Positions 28,901 through 40,100 of a DNA stretch of 64,000 bases are shown in pieces. Under the pieces are notes generated by a model, which saw only the letters and a program-made list of their open reading frames with translations, was not told the DNA's origin and did no database searches. This DNA is from a virus. The stretch's first letter is position 1, and each line of letters opens with the position of its first letter. Made by a program: the position numbers and the translations under genes. The stretch is from IMG/VR virus record IMGVR_UViG_3300042564_000781, positions 32,001-96,000 of that record; one strand, written 5' to 3'.

Positions 28901-31088
28901 TACTATTACACCGGGTGTATCAAATACATTTACAATAACAGCTACAAGTGGCGGCGGGACTAATGTAACACTAACAGATACAGTAGGTTCTATGAAGATA
29001 GGGCAGATAGGCTGGGATCATATAAATCCAGGAACACCATTAGTAGCATCGTTTGACTCCACATCTGTGTACAGTATTGAGCCACGAATTATATATTCTA
29101 AACCCAATTTTACATCAACTAGCTCATTAGCTACTACACAAGCAGTTGGGGTTTCTTATGTTGATATAGGATACGGCGGCGGTAAATTTACCGGACTTGC
29201 TAATGCTGATTCGACATTAACAGTTAGTGAAGATGGAGTACTATGGACACCACAATCATTACCATCTTCTGCAACATGGTCTAGTATTGCTTACGGAAGC
29301 AGTTATTGGGTGATTATATCATCCGGGGGTAGTGGTATTTCTGGCTCTAAAGTATTATACTCAAATAGCAATTTAGCAACATGGAAAACATCCTACTTGC
29401 CAAGTATTGGAAATTGGAGTAAAGTAGCGTACGGAAACGGAAAATTTGTTGCTATCACAAGCAATTCTGCAAGTTCGTCGTACTCATTAAATTTTGGCGC
29501 TACTTGGGTAGCAGGCACAGGATTACCTAATACTACATGGTCAGGACTAACATATGGCGCTGGCACATTTGTTGCAGTAGCAACAGGCGGAACTCAGGCT
29601 GCAAGAAGTACTGATGGAATTACATGGGCATCTAGCACATTACCTAATTCAACTGCATGGTCGGGCGTTGCGTATGGAAACGGAAGATTCGTTGCAGTGT
29701 CATCAACTTTATCTAAAGCAGCATATAGCCTAGATGGGATTACATGGAGTCAATCATTATACAGTGTGCTCGGAACTAATATTGCCTATGGAAACGGAGT
29801 ATTTATTTTAGCAGGAGATGACCCATTTTGTTATACAAGCGAAGATGGAATTGTATGGACCAAAACAGCAGTCGTTCCGGGTGTTGGACGAATGGTGTAT
29901 GGATTATATGGTGTAAACGGAAGATTTGCATCAGTTAGTGGCCAGGATACGGCAATGGTAATTACTGCAGGCAGTCAGACTAAAGCAAGAGCCAGTGTTG
30001 CTGGTGGAAAAATTATAGAGATTAACGAATGGGATCCAGGTTCAAATTATATAAATTCCCCAACAGTAACCATAGTCGATGCTAATGCTACAGTTTTAAC
30101 AGCAACGTCGCCACTACTTGGCTCTGGTGTATTAGGAAATCCTACATTTATTAATCGAGGCACAGGATATAATACTAATACTACTACTATTACAATTACA
30201 GGAGATGGGTATGCTGAACGTTTTCAAACTGGTCTAGGAATCATTATTAGCAATTTGATAGTATTGCCAGTAGCCGGTGATAATCTTGCAATCGCTGGGA
30301 ACGACACAATCTATAAAGTAACGTCTGCAACACTATTAGATGGATCAATTACTCCAAACATTATTGCTGAAGTATTTGTGTCACCTGAAATAACAGTTGG
30401 CTTATCACCTAATCAGGGAGTGCCTGTATCAATCAGGACAAAATACAGTCAAGTACGATTAACTAATCATGACTACTTGAACATTGGATACGGAAACTTT
30501 GAAGAATCAAATTATCCATTGCTACCAGCAAGCACAGTATTGTCGCAAGAGAATGAGGCAGTTGATGCTAACTATGGCCGTGTGTTTTATTCTTCAACAG
30601 ACCAAGACGGTAACTTCCGAGTTGGTAAACTATTTGCGGTTGAGCAGGCTACTGGTATTATTACGCTAAGTGCTAGTCAATTTGGACTAAGCGGACTAAA
30701 TGAACTTAAAATTGGTGGCGTTGCAGTCGGCGGCAACAGTGTTATTATTACACAGTTTAGTACAGACTCTACGTTTGTTGCAAATTCTAATAGCATTGTG
30801 CCAACACAAAAAGCAATTAAGGCATACTTAGGTGCAAAATTAACACAGGGTGGATCTAATACATTTACCGGGCAATTAATTGCTGGTACTGTGTTAGTCG
30901 GCGGACCTGATAAGATTGCCAGTACTATTGTTGAAGGTAACGATGGATGGCATATAAACATGCCAAATACAGTCGATGTAACGGGTGTAAATGACGGGAA
31001 CGGCGGCGGCGCTGGCGGCTGGGATGGCGACGGAATGGCAATGGCATTCTTTCAAATGTCCTTTGCCCCAGGAAGTGCTGATCAATAA
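22980..31088 (+). CDS. Giant virion structural protein (2702 aa), paralog of 31138
   Basis: N-terminal W.G.W...T.Y..GD.V.YGG..Y.C...H repeats (CBM5/12-like), beta-helix-like core, nested beta repeats, YGNG.FVAV...S.DGITW propeller repeats, C-terminal KYSQVRLT.HD...STDQDGNF domain. Confidence 0.8.
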   Translation: MAAEFKIGRLRYTWKGVWATATFYNRDAVASYNGKTYVCIVPHTSGDFYDDYENVEPSGEIKPYWVIMLEGTSWKGEWQPNTLYTLGAIVLYGGSVYKRIVNGLSDATFNPASWEVYTTVNSTWIGNYSTNQFYKVGDTVKYGGIVYSCITQHTSSNSITYPTYSNWEILDVGIEYRGTWTSTNTSYKINDLVKYGPDLWISRQDHSSSLPFNATIDPLNTTATWQLWLPGIDYSAATTWSATVVYQPGNTVKYGGYSYINLIVNNLNIVPSTNVDGLNPEWQLLTTGYDFNDDWLSGVSYKIGSVVRRAGNLFEALQDNLSQDPTELITTTTYTELGSSGTTLIVNNTTNIFPGMIISGQGFDKGQFVTSVEDGTTLIISQAPYPTLIDGQSLAFSGVNGNYWVPLVPGTRWRNRWAATENYVVGDLAVWVNVTYRCIKTHISEITKRPDINSGIYWVVELNHDYYNVLNIKGDIIVSTDGTNNALAIGSEGYLLKSVTEIPTWANVFQSPALYYVAPSGSDALTSGDTWDNPYKTIKYACERIAAGTLNSSATLLLKQNKTFIVEETYGPAVQSITTTPLDLIQTKRDIRSLVDAITYDLARGGNSQTVAFTLSFFDEQYSYKFITPRVSSSITVLITAFNRVFTLISDILNNIIVDPTFQTIYPQITGTVAGLSQALTSVQSFQNIVITALINENINSIPARNQGLTATLMVKTGAYHEELPIVIPANTALNGDELRGVIVYPKTIINTIATRSFSATNLFRVNTTEGMINNTAVQFVSVNPVSGFNTVFGGVVAGTTYYVIGSSITSTQFSVSAIPGGPPVTLSNATSQMKVFGGDALKDMFRVQNGSGIRNMTLSGLLGTLTAPNSFTTRRPTGGSFVSLDPGTGIADTTAHIYRRSPYIQNVTTFGTGCVGLKIDGSLHALGNKSIVCNDFTQIVSDGVGIYCTGPGALCEAVSVFSYYAYAGYLSEAGGRIRATNGNSSYGNFGVIAEGFDTTEIPSVGTVFNRYYEASATPISALGATANILKLQYSHAGQEYITSTTNLLQYSNSFTNWTSDGNITLIQSILSPFANQSDAWIATGNTSGTNSSYFSKSITIAPSGEIYTNIAGINITGGGLGATFDIIVTSTQYTVTINNGGTGYVATNQIRILGSQLGGISGVNDLIITVTELSGTTITTITSIGVVQIGSVQPYTASIFCKQGTSTTFDLVATFSGYSAASSSISYNFNTNTITPGSATGGMTPVVFSATPISTNPGWVRLSFRFYDVSGLNNTLKLTIYPRSQLGNSSYTLIYGAQLELGTRTGFYQETTTGRYTAYANYDVVGAGSGVDLVADEIRDRGIYQTRILEVNGVTGGVGHRLSTNNAQAGTDSTITIAGSDIAGPKDYLGMRVFVNSGLGAGQYGAISAFDAELKIASVLKESFTQLEITTSSSIGNIFTLAPSADVYSLYNNQPVQFVPTTYDTIVTLVGQSSVEATSTIGGQTNTMYVTSTAQLTVNMPVTFSGITYGGVTSNFTYYIIAILNENEIQLGLTVGGIAIFLNNDDGSMSLNYPSNTGYLGAPTTNMDINLPIYFTGAVLSEIEASTDYFINDVIDINNFTISDTLVTPTATSTTAISNTVTVDTSDTLVPLNPIKFAGTAFGSILPSTKYYINHIVDSTNITISLGTLTTTATATQNEGELITVGDTTGFAIGNAIKFTGTTFGGIVNDRIYYISYINNATSLIVSSSSSALSITATNTSTSINISGTVYNNVLTLISSSNLTPMYPVTFSGTTFGSITAGTTYFISRIYDSTRISITNSIISVTAIETSATSNLIHVESTAGFVAGNPIIFGGVSFGGIVSGQLYYISAVNSPTDFTISTTPTGSAVVLTAGTGSITARTPAVNTTVTTATGSMIGTTRASASPVLLTSAIGLCIVRTTSSTITLSTATGLLTGTSTTVKKQFTSDAGSMVGTFSVPILGGITQGITYYVRTITPGVSNTFTITATSGGGTNVTLTDTVGSMKIGQIGWDHINPGTPLVASFDSTSVYSIEPRIIYSKPNFTSTSSLATTQAVGVSYVDIGYGGGKFTGLANADSTLTVSEDGVLWTPQSLPSSATWSSIAYGSSYWVIISSGGSGISGSKVLYSNSNLATWKTSYLPSIGNWSKVAYGNGKFVAITSNSASSSYSLNFGATWVAGTGLPNTTWSGLTYGAGTFVAVATGGTQAARSTDGITWASSTLPNSTAWSGVAYGNGRFVAVSSTLSKAAYSLDGITWSQSLYSVLGTNIAYGNGVFILAGDDPFCYTSEDGIVWTKTAVVPGVGRMVYGLYGVNGRFASVSGQDTAMVITAGSQTKARASVAGGKIIEINEWDPGSNYINSPTVTIVDANATVLTATSPLLGSGVLGNPTFINRGTGYNTNTTTITITGDGYAERFQTGLGIIISNLIVLPVAGDNLAIAGNDTIYKVTSATLLDGSITPNIIAEVFVSPEITVGLSPNQGVPVSIRTKYSQVRLTNHDYLNIGYGNFEESNYPLLPASTVLSQENEAVDANYGRVFYSSTDQDGNFRVGKLFAVEQATGIITLSASQFGLSGLNELKIGGVAVGGNSVIITQFSTDSTFVANSNSIVPTQKAIKAYLGAKLTQGGSNTFTGQLIAGTVLVGGPDKIASTIVEGNDGWHINMPNTVDVTGVNDGNGGGAGGWDGDGMAMAFFQMSFAPGSADQ

Positions 31089-31107
31089 AATTGAAATATT
31101 AAACTAA

Positions 31108-31115
31108 GATAAATA
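31108..31115 (+). promoter_or_regulatory. Late promoter GATAAATA
   Basis: Intergenic, 22 nt before ATG 31138. Confidence 0.7.
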
Positions 31116-31137
31116 TAATGTAAAAGGACGAAAGCAA

Positions 31138-34100
31138 ATGGCTGAATTTAAACTAGGTAGAATTAGATTTGTATGGAAAGGTCAGTGGACCGTTGGAACT
31201 CCATATCTAATAGATGACGTGGTAAGCAACGGCGGAAAGAGTTATATTTGTGTTGTAAATCACACTGCTTCTAGTCTTTTCGATACTGATTTGGACTATC
31301 CAGGAGTACCAAGATGGGAAATTGTCGCCGACGGAACACAATGGAATGGCAACTGGGAACCAGAGACATATTACAATCCGGGTGCAGTTGTCAAATACGG
31401 TGCATTAGTTTATATTTGTAAAACTGGTCACACATCGGCTACATATGTAGCACCTACTTATTTGGGACTAGAAGACGATCAAGTAAACTGGGAATTGTTT
31501 GCTACTTCATTTAGCTGGGAAGGCACTTGGACAACTGCTACTCGATATAGACTTAATGATTTTGTAGTTTACGGCGGCACTACCTATGTATGTAATACTC
31601 CGCATATTTCTGCTGCAATCTCAGCAAGCATAACGGCAACTAATTTTACAGTCCTTGCCGGAACTGCTACCCTAACATTTGCATCAAAAGTAGTTGCACC
31701 ATATGCTGTAGGAGCAACAATTACCTTAGCAGGCTTTAGTCCAGCAGCTACTACTTCTCCAGCAAATAATATTAATACAACCTTTACTGTATTAACCTGC
31801 ACTACAACCCAATTAACATTTGCGCTAACAGGTACATATACTAATTCGGTATTAGGTACTGTATCCGGAACAAGCCAGTTGGGATTAGAACTTGACGCAG
31901 CAAAATGGGATACGTTTAATCAAGGAATTACCTATCTAGGAGATTGGAATTCTGCAAGCCTTCCAGGCGGAGCCAATGTTAGATATAAGCAAAACGATAT
32001 TGTAAAATGGGGAGCAGATCTATGGATCTGTATAACCCCACATACGTCAACCGGAGCAACAATAGACACTAGTAAGTTTAGTGTGTTTGTTAATGGATTC
32101 CAATTTGAAAATAGTTGGAATAATTCAACAGTATATCAAATAGGAGATACAATAACGTACGGCGGCTATTCGTATATTGCTAAAACAAATCATACCAACA
32201 AACAACCAACTAGTAATCCTAGTGACTGGGCTGTATTTACTACGGGTATTAATTTTGTAGGTGAATATGATGAAACTACTAATTATCGAGTTGGCGATCT
32301 TATTCGTAACGGTGCATACACATATATTGCTAGACTTGATAGTTTAGCGCAAACCCCTGTATCAGCAACTACTTACTGGGCAAGATTGAATAGTGGATTA
32401 CGCTGGACTAACACACCTGAAACTTATCTAGCAGTTGATTCAGTTGCTGTGTTACCCGGAGTAGGTAGCGGTGCTAAATTTGATGTTACTCGCACTGGCA
32501 CTGTGTATAATGTTACGCTAACTTCAGGACAGGCTGGAATAAATTATGCGGCTCTTGATCGAATTAAAATTCTTGGCAGCAACCTCGGCGGCATTAGTCC
32601 AGCCAATGATATTACAATTACTGTTGTAACAGTTTCAACTAGCGCAGTTGCAACATTTACAGCATCTGGTCGATCAGTAACCTGGACAGTTGACACAGAT
32701 TACTTATTAGGCGACACTGCATCATTTGGTGCGAATAGTTATATCTGCATTGATGCACATACTTCAAGTTCACTAAACAGACCAGATGCTGACGCACAGG
32801 GAGACTATTGGAATCTGTTAACAGCTGGTTCAGAATATAATATTCTTACAACCACAGGTGATCTAGTATACTACGGCGACAACGGCCCTGAAAGACTGCC
32901 GGTTGGAACAAACGGCCAAGTGTTACGAAGCCAAGACGGCGTTCCAGTCTGGGCCAACTACGGATTAATTAATAACTTAGTGTTTGTAGGACCATTGGGC
33001 CGAGATGTTGCTTACCCTGATGCTGGCTCAACGATTGACCAACCTTGGAAAAGTGTAAGGTATGCAGCTAAACAAGTTGAAGAAGGATACTTAAATCCGC
33101 AAGCTAAGATGCTGTTAGTTAAAAACAAACAGTTTATGATGAAAGAAATTACCAACTGGGTAAATTATACTTATACTGTTAGAATTTCAGCCGCTGATTC
33201 CTTAGACGACATATTCACCTGTATCACTACTGTTAATCTAGTAGTAAATATGCCTATTAGTTTTACTGGAACAATTGGAGGAGTTACAGCAGGTGTAACT
33301 TATTATGTTAAAACTATTGTTAACGGTACAACATTTACAATTTCAGACTTGTCTGGAGGTACATTACGTCAGTTAACTACCGGCTCGGGCACAATGACTG
33401 GATCATTGGTGTATGACTATGCGTTCTGCGAACGAGATACTGGATTAATTGTTGACGCATTAATTCATGATATTACACACGGAGGCACCGGCAAAATTAC
33501 TGCTGCCGCAAAAGCATACTATACTGCCGCAGGTAACGCTTACATTAATAACAATTTTGGTGCACAAACTACACAAACCGTTGCAGCATACACTTATCTA
33601 AGTACCCTAGTAGAAAAAATCCTTGGCAATATTGCTTGGAGAAATTACCAAGCAATGAATGGAATTACATCAGGTGTAATTCAAATAGTTGATACTTCAT
33701 TTACTGCCGAAGCAGGCACTTCTATCACAGCAGCTGAATTACTGTCAATTATTACAAACGGCATTCTTGCAGGGTCAGTAACCGCTATACCTGTTGCAAT
33801 TTATCCTAATACTACTATTTCAGTTAAAACTGGAACGTTCACAGAAGTGCTACCAATTGTGATTTCTCCATATACTGCGGTAGTAGGAGATGAATTACGT
33901 AGTTCAGTTATTCAACCAGCTACTGCAAATCCATTGTTAGCTACTGATAAAGCAAAAACTACATCAGCATTGAATCGTATTGCCTCAGTAGCCGGCGATA
34001 TTGTGCAAAACATCGTAGTAACTCCTACAGTAGGAAATACTGAAACACAATATTATGTCGGCGGATATGCGGGTAGTGGAACAACATCAACTGCTGTTGG

Positions 34101-37100
34101 AGCAAAAACTACTGTTATATCAACAATTTTATCAGGCGGCCTTGGCTCAGTTCCATCAACTGTAATTTCAGATCCTGCCGGATATGATGCTGGATATTTA
34201 AATGCACGTAGATTAGTTGTAGCTAACAAGGCATTCTTACAAGCAGAAATTAGTGCATGGATTAATGTACAAATAGCAGGTAATATTGCTCCGTTTGTTG
34301 GATTCACTTATGGTGGCACTGATCAAACAAACTGTGAACGAGATGTAGGGTATATTGTCGATGCTCTACGATACGATTTAACCTATGGCGGGAACTTGGA
34401 AACTATTGTAGCTGCTCGAGCATACTATTCTTATGGATCATATGTTGGTGACTCTGCTTCAAAGCTTCGTGCGTTAGCAGTACAAAATCGTATTAAGAGT
34501 ATCATTGATAATATTGCCGTCGGAGATAATTCAGGCTGGACTAAGTCTGTAGGCAATGCACTTAACCAGGATGATTCGTTACCACACGGATCTGTACCAG
34601 CGGGCGCATTTGCACAAGCACGTATCCAAGAAATATACAATACAATTGACACAGGGGTAACTCCAGATACAATTGAACCTCCGACTAGTTGGGTTAGCAA
34701 TGATCTTGTTCTAGCTAAAATAGCAATTACAAATTTAAAGGCTGGCATACAAGCTGGAGCAATTGAGTACATTAGTACAAAGTATCCAACATTAACATAC
34801 AACACAGTCACTTGTTCTCGAGATGTTGGCTATATGGTTGATGCTGTAGCATACGATGTAATGTTTGGTAGTAATTTTAGATCTATTACGGCTGGTAGAA
34901 GTTACTATAGAGCAACAGCATCTGCACAGTATGTAATTGCAAACCAACTAGCAGCGACATTAGATACTATAACATATATTGACACAGCGATTAGACAAAT
35001 AACAACCGGTCAATCTGGCTCAGTTGGTAGCACATTAGCTGTTTCGAGAGTAGAGACTAGTGCCAATACTATGTATGATATTATTGCTAGCGGGTTAGGA
35101 TCTATACCAACACTAGTATTACCAACACCAACTGGCGGCACCGGCAATGCATATGACAGCAATTATTTAAATGCCCGACAACAAATTGTAGAAAACTACG
35201 CATTCATCAAAGCTGAAATTGCTCAATATCTAAATGTTAACTATAATGCTGTTTGGGTAGCACTTGGTGCAACTGGCCAGGCAGGATGTGCTCGAGATAT
35301 TGGCTACATCTTAGACGGAGTACGCTATGATATTACCTACGGTGGTAACTTACAATCACTAATTGTAGGTAGTGCATACTATTCAAATTACGTTTTAGCT
35401 ATTGGGTCTGGTGAGCTTACTGCAACAGTTGCGGCCTACACTAGAATTAAAACAATCGTTGGACAAATTGCACAACGTCAAACAGTAACACCTACTGTGG
35501 GTTATAGTGGTCCTTCACAATATTTAGGCGGTACCGGTGACCTAGTAGGTACCGCTGCAACCTTTGCTCAAGATCGGGTACAAGACGTTATTGATTGGGT
35601 TAGCAACGGTTACGCTAATGCAACTATTACGCCAAGTATTGCTTGGGCTAGTTCTGCACTACAAACAGCATTTGCAGAAGTTCAAGCAAAGAGATCTGAG
35701 ATACAAGCTGATACGCTATGGTGGGTCTACAAGAATTATCAAAACTTAAACTTTAATGCTGATTTATGTTCTAGAGACGCGGGCTATATTGTTGATGCGC
35801 TAAGTTATGACTTAGTATTTGGCAGTAACTTTGCTGCAATCACAGCAGGAAGAAGTTATCAACGTGCAACACCGTCGGCCCAAGTGGTAGCAACAGTACA
35901 GCGGCAAGCTGAATTAGGTTCAGTTAATTTTATCAAATATAAAGTTAAGCATATTGCAGCCTCGGGCGCAGTAGCACAGATTAATGCAATTGTTTCTGAT
36001 GTGACTGGATTTATTAATGGCGGAGCAATTCCTCGAGTACAATGGACTAATCCATCAACGATTACCAGTGCATATGCTGCTGCGACCGTATTGTTAAGAG
36101 ACAATGCACCATTTATTCAAGCAGAAATCACAGCATGGATCAATGTACAAATTGCGGCCAACGCTTCTGGATTTGTTGGATTACAATTCAGCAGATCAGC
36201 TTGCGAAAGAGATGTAGGTTTAATTATTGAAGCACTAGTATACGATTTAACCTATGGTTACGGTGTTGGTAATATTGGTAAAATTGCTACACTGATTGCA
36301 GGTAAAGCATATTACTCTGCACTAACAAGCGTATTACAAATAGATTCAGGCGACTCAACAGCTACAATTGCAGCTTATAACAGATTAAAGGCTGTTGCAC
36401 AGAGTGTAGTTCAAGACACCGCAGTAACTCCAAGTGCAGGTAATTCTGTATCTCAAGTAAGAGCAGTTACCGGCCAGACAGTTGGGTCAGTTGCTACTGC
36501 TACATCTGTAGGCACATTGGTTGATGTTATCACCAATATAATTACCAACGGTCTTACAACCGGTGTTCCTCAGATAACTATTTCTGCGGTTGCTGGCGGC
36601 ACAACATTTACTAGCGGAACACATAACCTTGCAGTAGGAGATGTTGTTATACCACAATCTACTCCAACTACAGGTAACGGTGGATTTGGCCTAGTTAGCG
36701 GAACAAGATACTATGTTGCATCTACACCGTTAGGCACAACATTTACATTGGCTGCATATCAAGGCGGTGCCGCAATTACTACCTTTACTAACGGTACAGG
36801 ATTAACTATCGCTGCTGAGATTAACAACTTACCAAGTACAAGTTGGGTATCTGCATCTTTAGTTACTTTACGTAATGCATTACAATCAAATAAAGCAACT
36901 ATTAAAAATCAGATTACACAATATATTGCTACTAACTATACTACGTTAGTATACAATTCTTCAACATGTGAAAGAGACGTTGGCTTGATTGTTGACTACA
37001 TTGCCTACGATATGATGTTTGACAGTAACTATCTAACAATAACCTCAGCAAGAAGCTATTTTAGAGCCCAGGCCTCGCTAGTAGTTGGAGCACAAAAAAC

Positions 37101-40100
37101 AGCAACTGTTGCATCTTATAGATATCTAAAAACTTTATTACTAACAGTTGTAGCTAATGATGCTACAGCAACTCGAAAAATTAAAGTGCTGATGGATATC
37201 ATTATCAACACAATGTTAAATGGTATAGGTTCTACATCAGAAGTAACTGGTACCATAACTTATAAAAATAATATTGGATTGTATAACGCAGCAGAGTCTC
37301 TAAGATTGAATAAAGAATTCTTAGCAAGCGAAGCTACGTCATGGATTAGTGCAAACTTTGGCGGAACTGTGACAACAACTACTGCAACTACTAACCTGTT
37401 TACTACTAGCTCAGCGCACAATCTAATAGTAAGCGACCCTATTAGATTCACTGGGTCTATTATTACAAGTAGCGGAGTAACGCAGAATACTACATATTAT
37501 GTATTAACAACACCTTCTGCTACTACGTTTACACTAAGTACATCACAAACTCTTCCTATTCCAGTTGACGTAACTGCTAACGGAAGCGGCTCAATGACTG
37601 TAAATTATGCGTTTGATGTAACTTCTTGTAAGAGAGACATGAAAGAATACATCGATGGTATCATCTATGATTTAAGTTATACTGGTAACTATCGTTCATT
37701 ACGTGCTGCAGAATTGTATAACAACGCAGTAAGCGGATCGACACTCGCTAATATGTTCTATGTTAGCAACGGTACAGGTTTAAGAAACTGTACATTAACC
37801 GGATTAAACGGAACACTAACAGAAGAAAATGAATACGGAACTAAACGACCAACTGCAGGCGCATATGTTGCATTAAATCCAGGATTTGGCCCAAATGATA
37901 GCAATGTATGGGTTCAAACAAGATCACACTATTCACAAAACGTTACTATGTTTGGTACCGGATGTAGTGGTGCTAAGATTGACGGCGCAATACATGCCGG
38001 TGGCAATCGAAGCATGGTTAAAAACGACTTTACAACAATTCTAAGCGACGGATTGGGCGTATGGGTTACGGGTGCTAATTCATTAACTGAATTAGTTTCA
38101 GTGTTTAACTACTACGGATATGCAGGGTACTTAGCAGAGCTAGGCGGTCGTATCCGTGCTACTAATGGTAACAGCTCATATGGTACGTACGGTACCATAG
38201 CTGAAGGAACTGACACTTACGAACAACCAATTTTTGCAGTCGTTGACAATAGACAACAAGATGCAGTTATAAGCAATGTTGTAGTAAATGGTGTTTTAGG
38301 GACAATTCTTCGTGTAGAGTACTCTAATGCCGGCGTTAATCATACTAATGCAGATATTGGAATTAGTGGCGATGGCATTAATGTAGTAACAATCACTAAC
38401 GAATTCCGTGATGGTGGTGTATTCAATACTAGAATTTTTGATCCTAATGATGGTAGTGCTACAGCAGACTATCCAGGGTATGGCGGATCAAACTATGTAA
38501 ATGCTATTAATGCTGCACAGGGTGGTTCTCTAGGTGAGTTAACTATTGCTAACTCTGATGTTGCATTAGCAACCGCATATCCTACTATGAGAATTATGAT
38601 AACTGCTGGTACAGGTGTTGGTCAATATGCTAATATCTTAGATTACAACAACGGTACCAAACTAGTAAAAATTTATAAAGATAGTTTTGCTACGTTAACT
38701 GTTACTGGCACTGCTGTTACCAACAATCTTTTAACGGTTGCAAGTACTGCTACATTATTTGCAGGAATGTCAATTTACTTAGGCACAACAGTTAACGGAC
38801 TAACTGATAACACTTTGTATTACGTCAGAACTGCTAACTTCTCTAGTACGCAATTCTCTGTAAGTTTAACAGGCGCTGCAGGAACCGCAGTAACTATTAC
38901 TACAACTACTGCTAGCGGATTAACTATTCCGTTGTACGCCGCAGGATGGGATCATGCTGTTCCAGGAACAACAGTTTCTAATGCAATTGACTTAACTTCT
39001 AGTTATATTATCGAACCGCGTATTAGCTATACTGCTCCTGGATATACTGCAACTACAAGAACAGTACCTGCTAATACATACATTGGCTCAACATTTGGTA
39101 ATAATAAATTTGTTGCAATTGGCAACACTGGCACTGCTACAGCCTATAGCCTAGATGGAAAAACATGGGCATCGGGCGGAGTATTGCCAGTCAGTGCCAA
39201 CTGGGGAGATGTTATCTTTGGTGGCGGATCTGGTGTAGTAGCTTCGATCACAGTAGGTGGTTTAGGCGGTGTCGGAGCAATCTTAACACCTATTATGGGA
39301 ACTGCTAACAGCATTGGACTGCCGGGCGCTGACCAAGTAGTCGGAGTCACTATTGTCGACGGTGGCCGAAACTATACAACTGCTCCAACAATTGTGTTTA
39401 CTCCAACAAATGGCGGCCTGGGGGCAGTTGCAGTGTGTACTGTGTTAAATGGAAAAATTGATGCAATCTATATTGATAACGTAGGTTATCCAGGCACTAG
39501 TAACGGTTCAGGTTATAATTCTCCTCCTATTGTAACTGCAGATTCTAGTAAAATTACTAAGATGATAACAAGCCAGTGGGGAAGAAACTATACAACTCCG
39601 CCAACTGTTACAGTAAGCGCACCAGTCAGTGCTACTGCATGGTCTAGTGGTGATGCCGCAACCAGCGGCAATTACTATTCTCATGCTAACGTAGTTGGTT
39701 TAGTAACAACAACTAACTACTACCAAGCAGGTGCCACAGGCACGTTTGGCTCAGTAGCACCTACATTCCAAACAGGAACTGGCGCAAGCGGAACATACGG
39801 TGTTGCATTAACTTATGTAGGAACCTTAGCAACTGGAACTGCTGTTTTGACTAATTCTGGCGTAAGCAGCATAACTATAACAGAACCGGGGCAGGGTTAT
39901 ACAAGTACACCTACAATTTCTGTAGTAGATACTTCTGCTAAGTTTGTTGCAATTTCAGGCAGCGGATCAGTTGATGCTGCATATTTGCTAGCTAGCTCAG
40001 CTAACACCGCATCATGGACAGCAGGCAATAATTTACCTACATCTACTATGACAGGAATTGCATATGGAGTTCTTAACGGAGTTAGCACATATGTAGTAGT

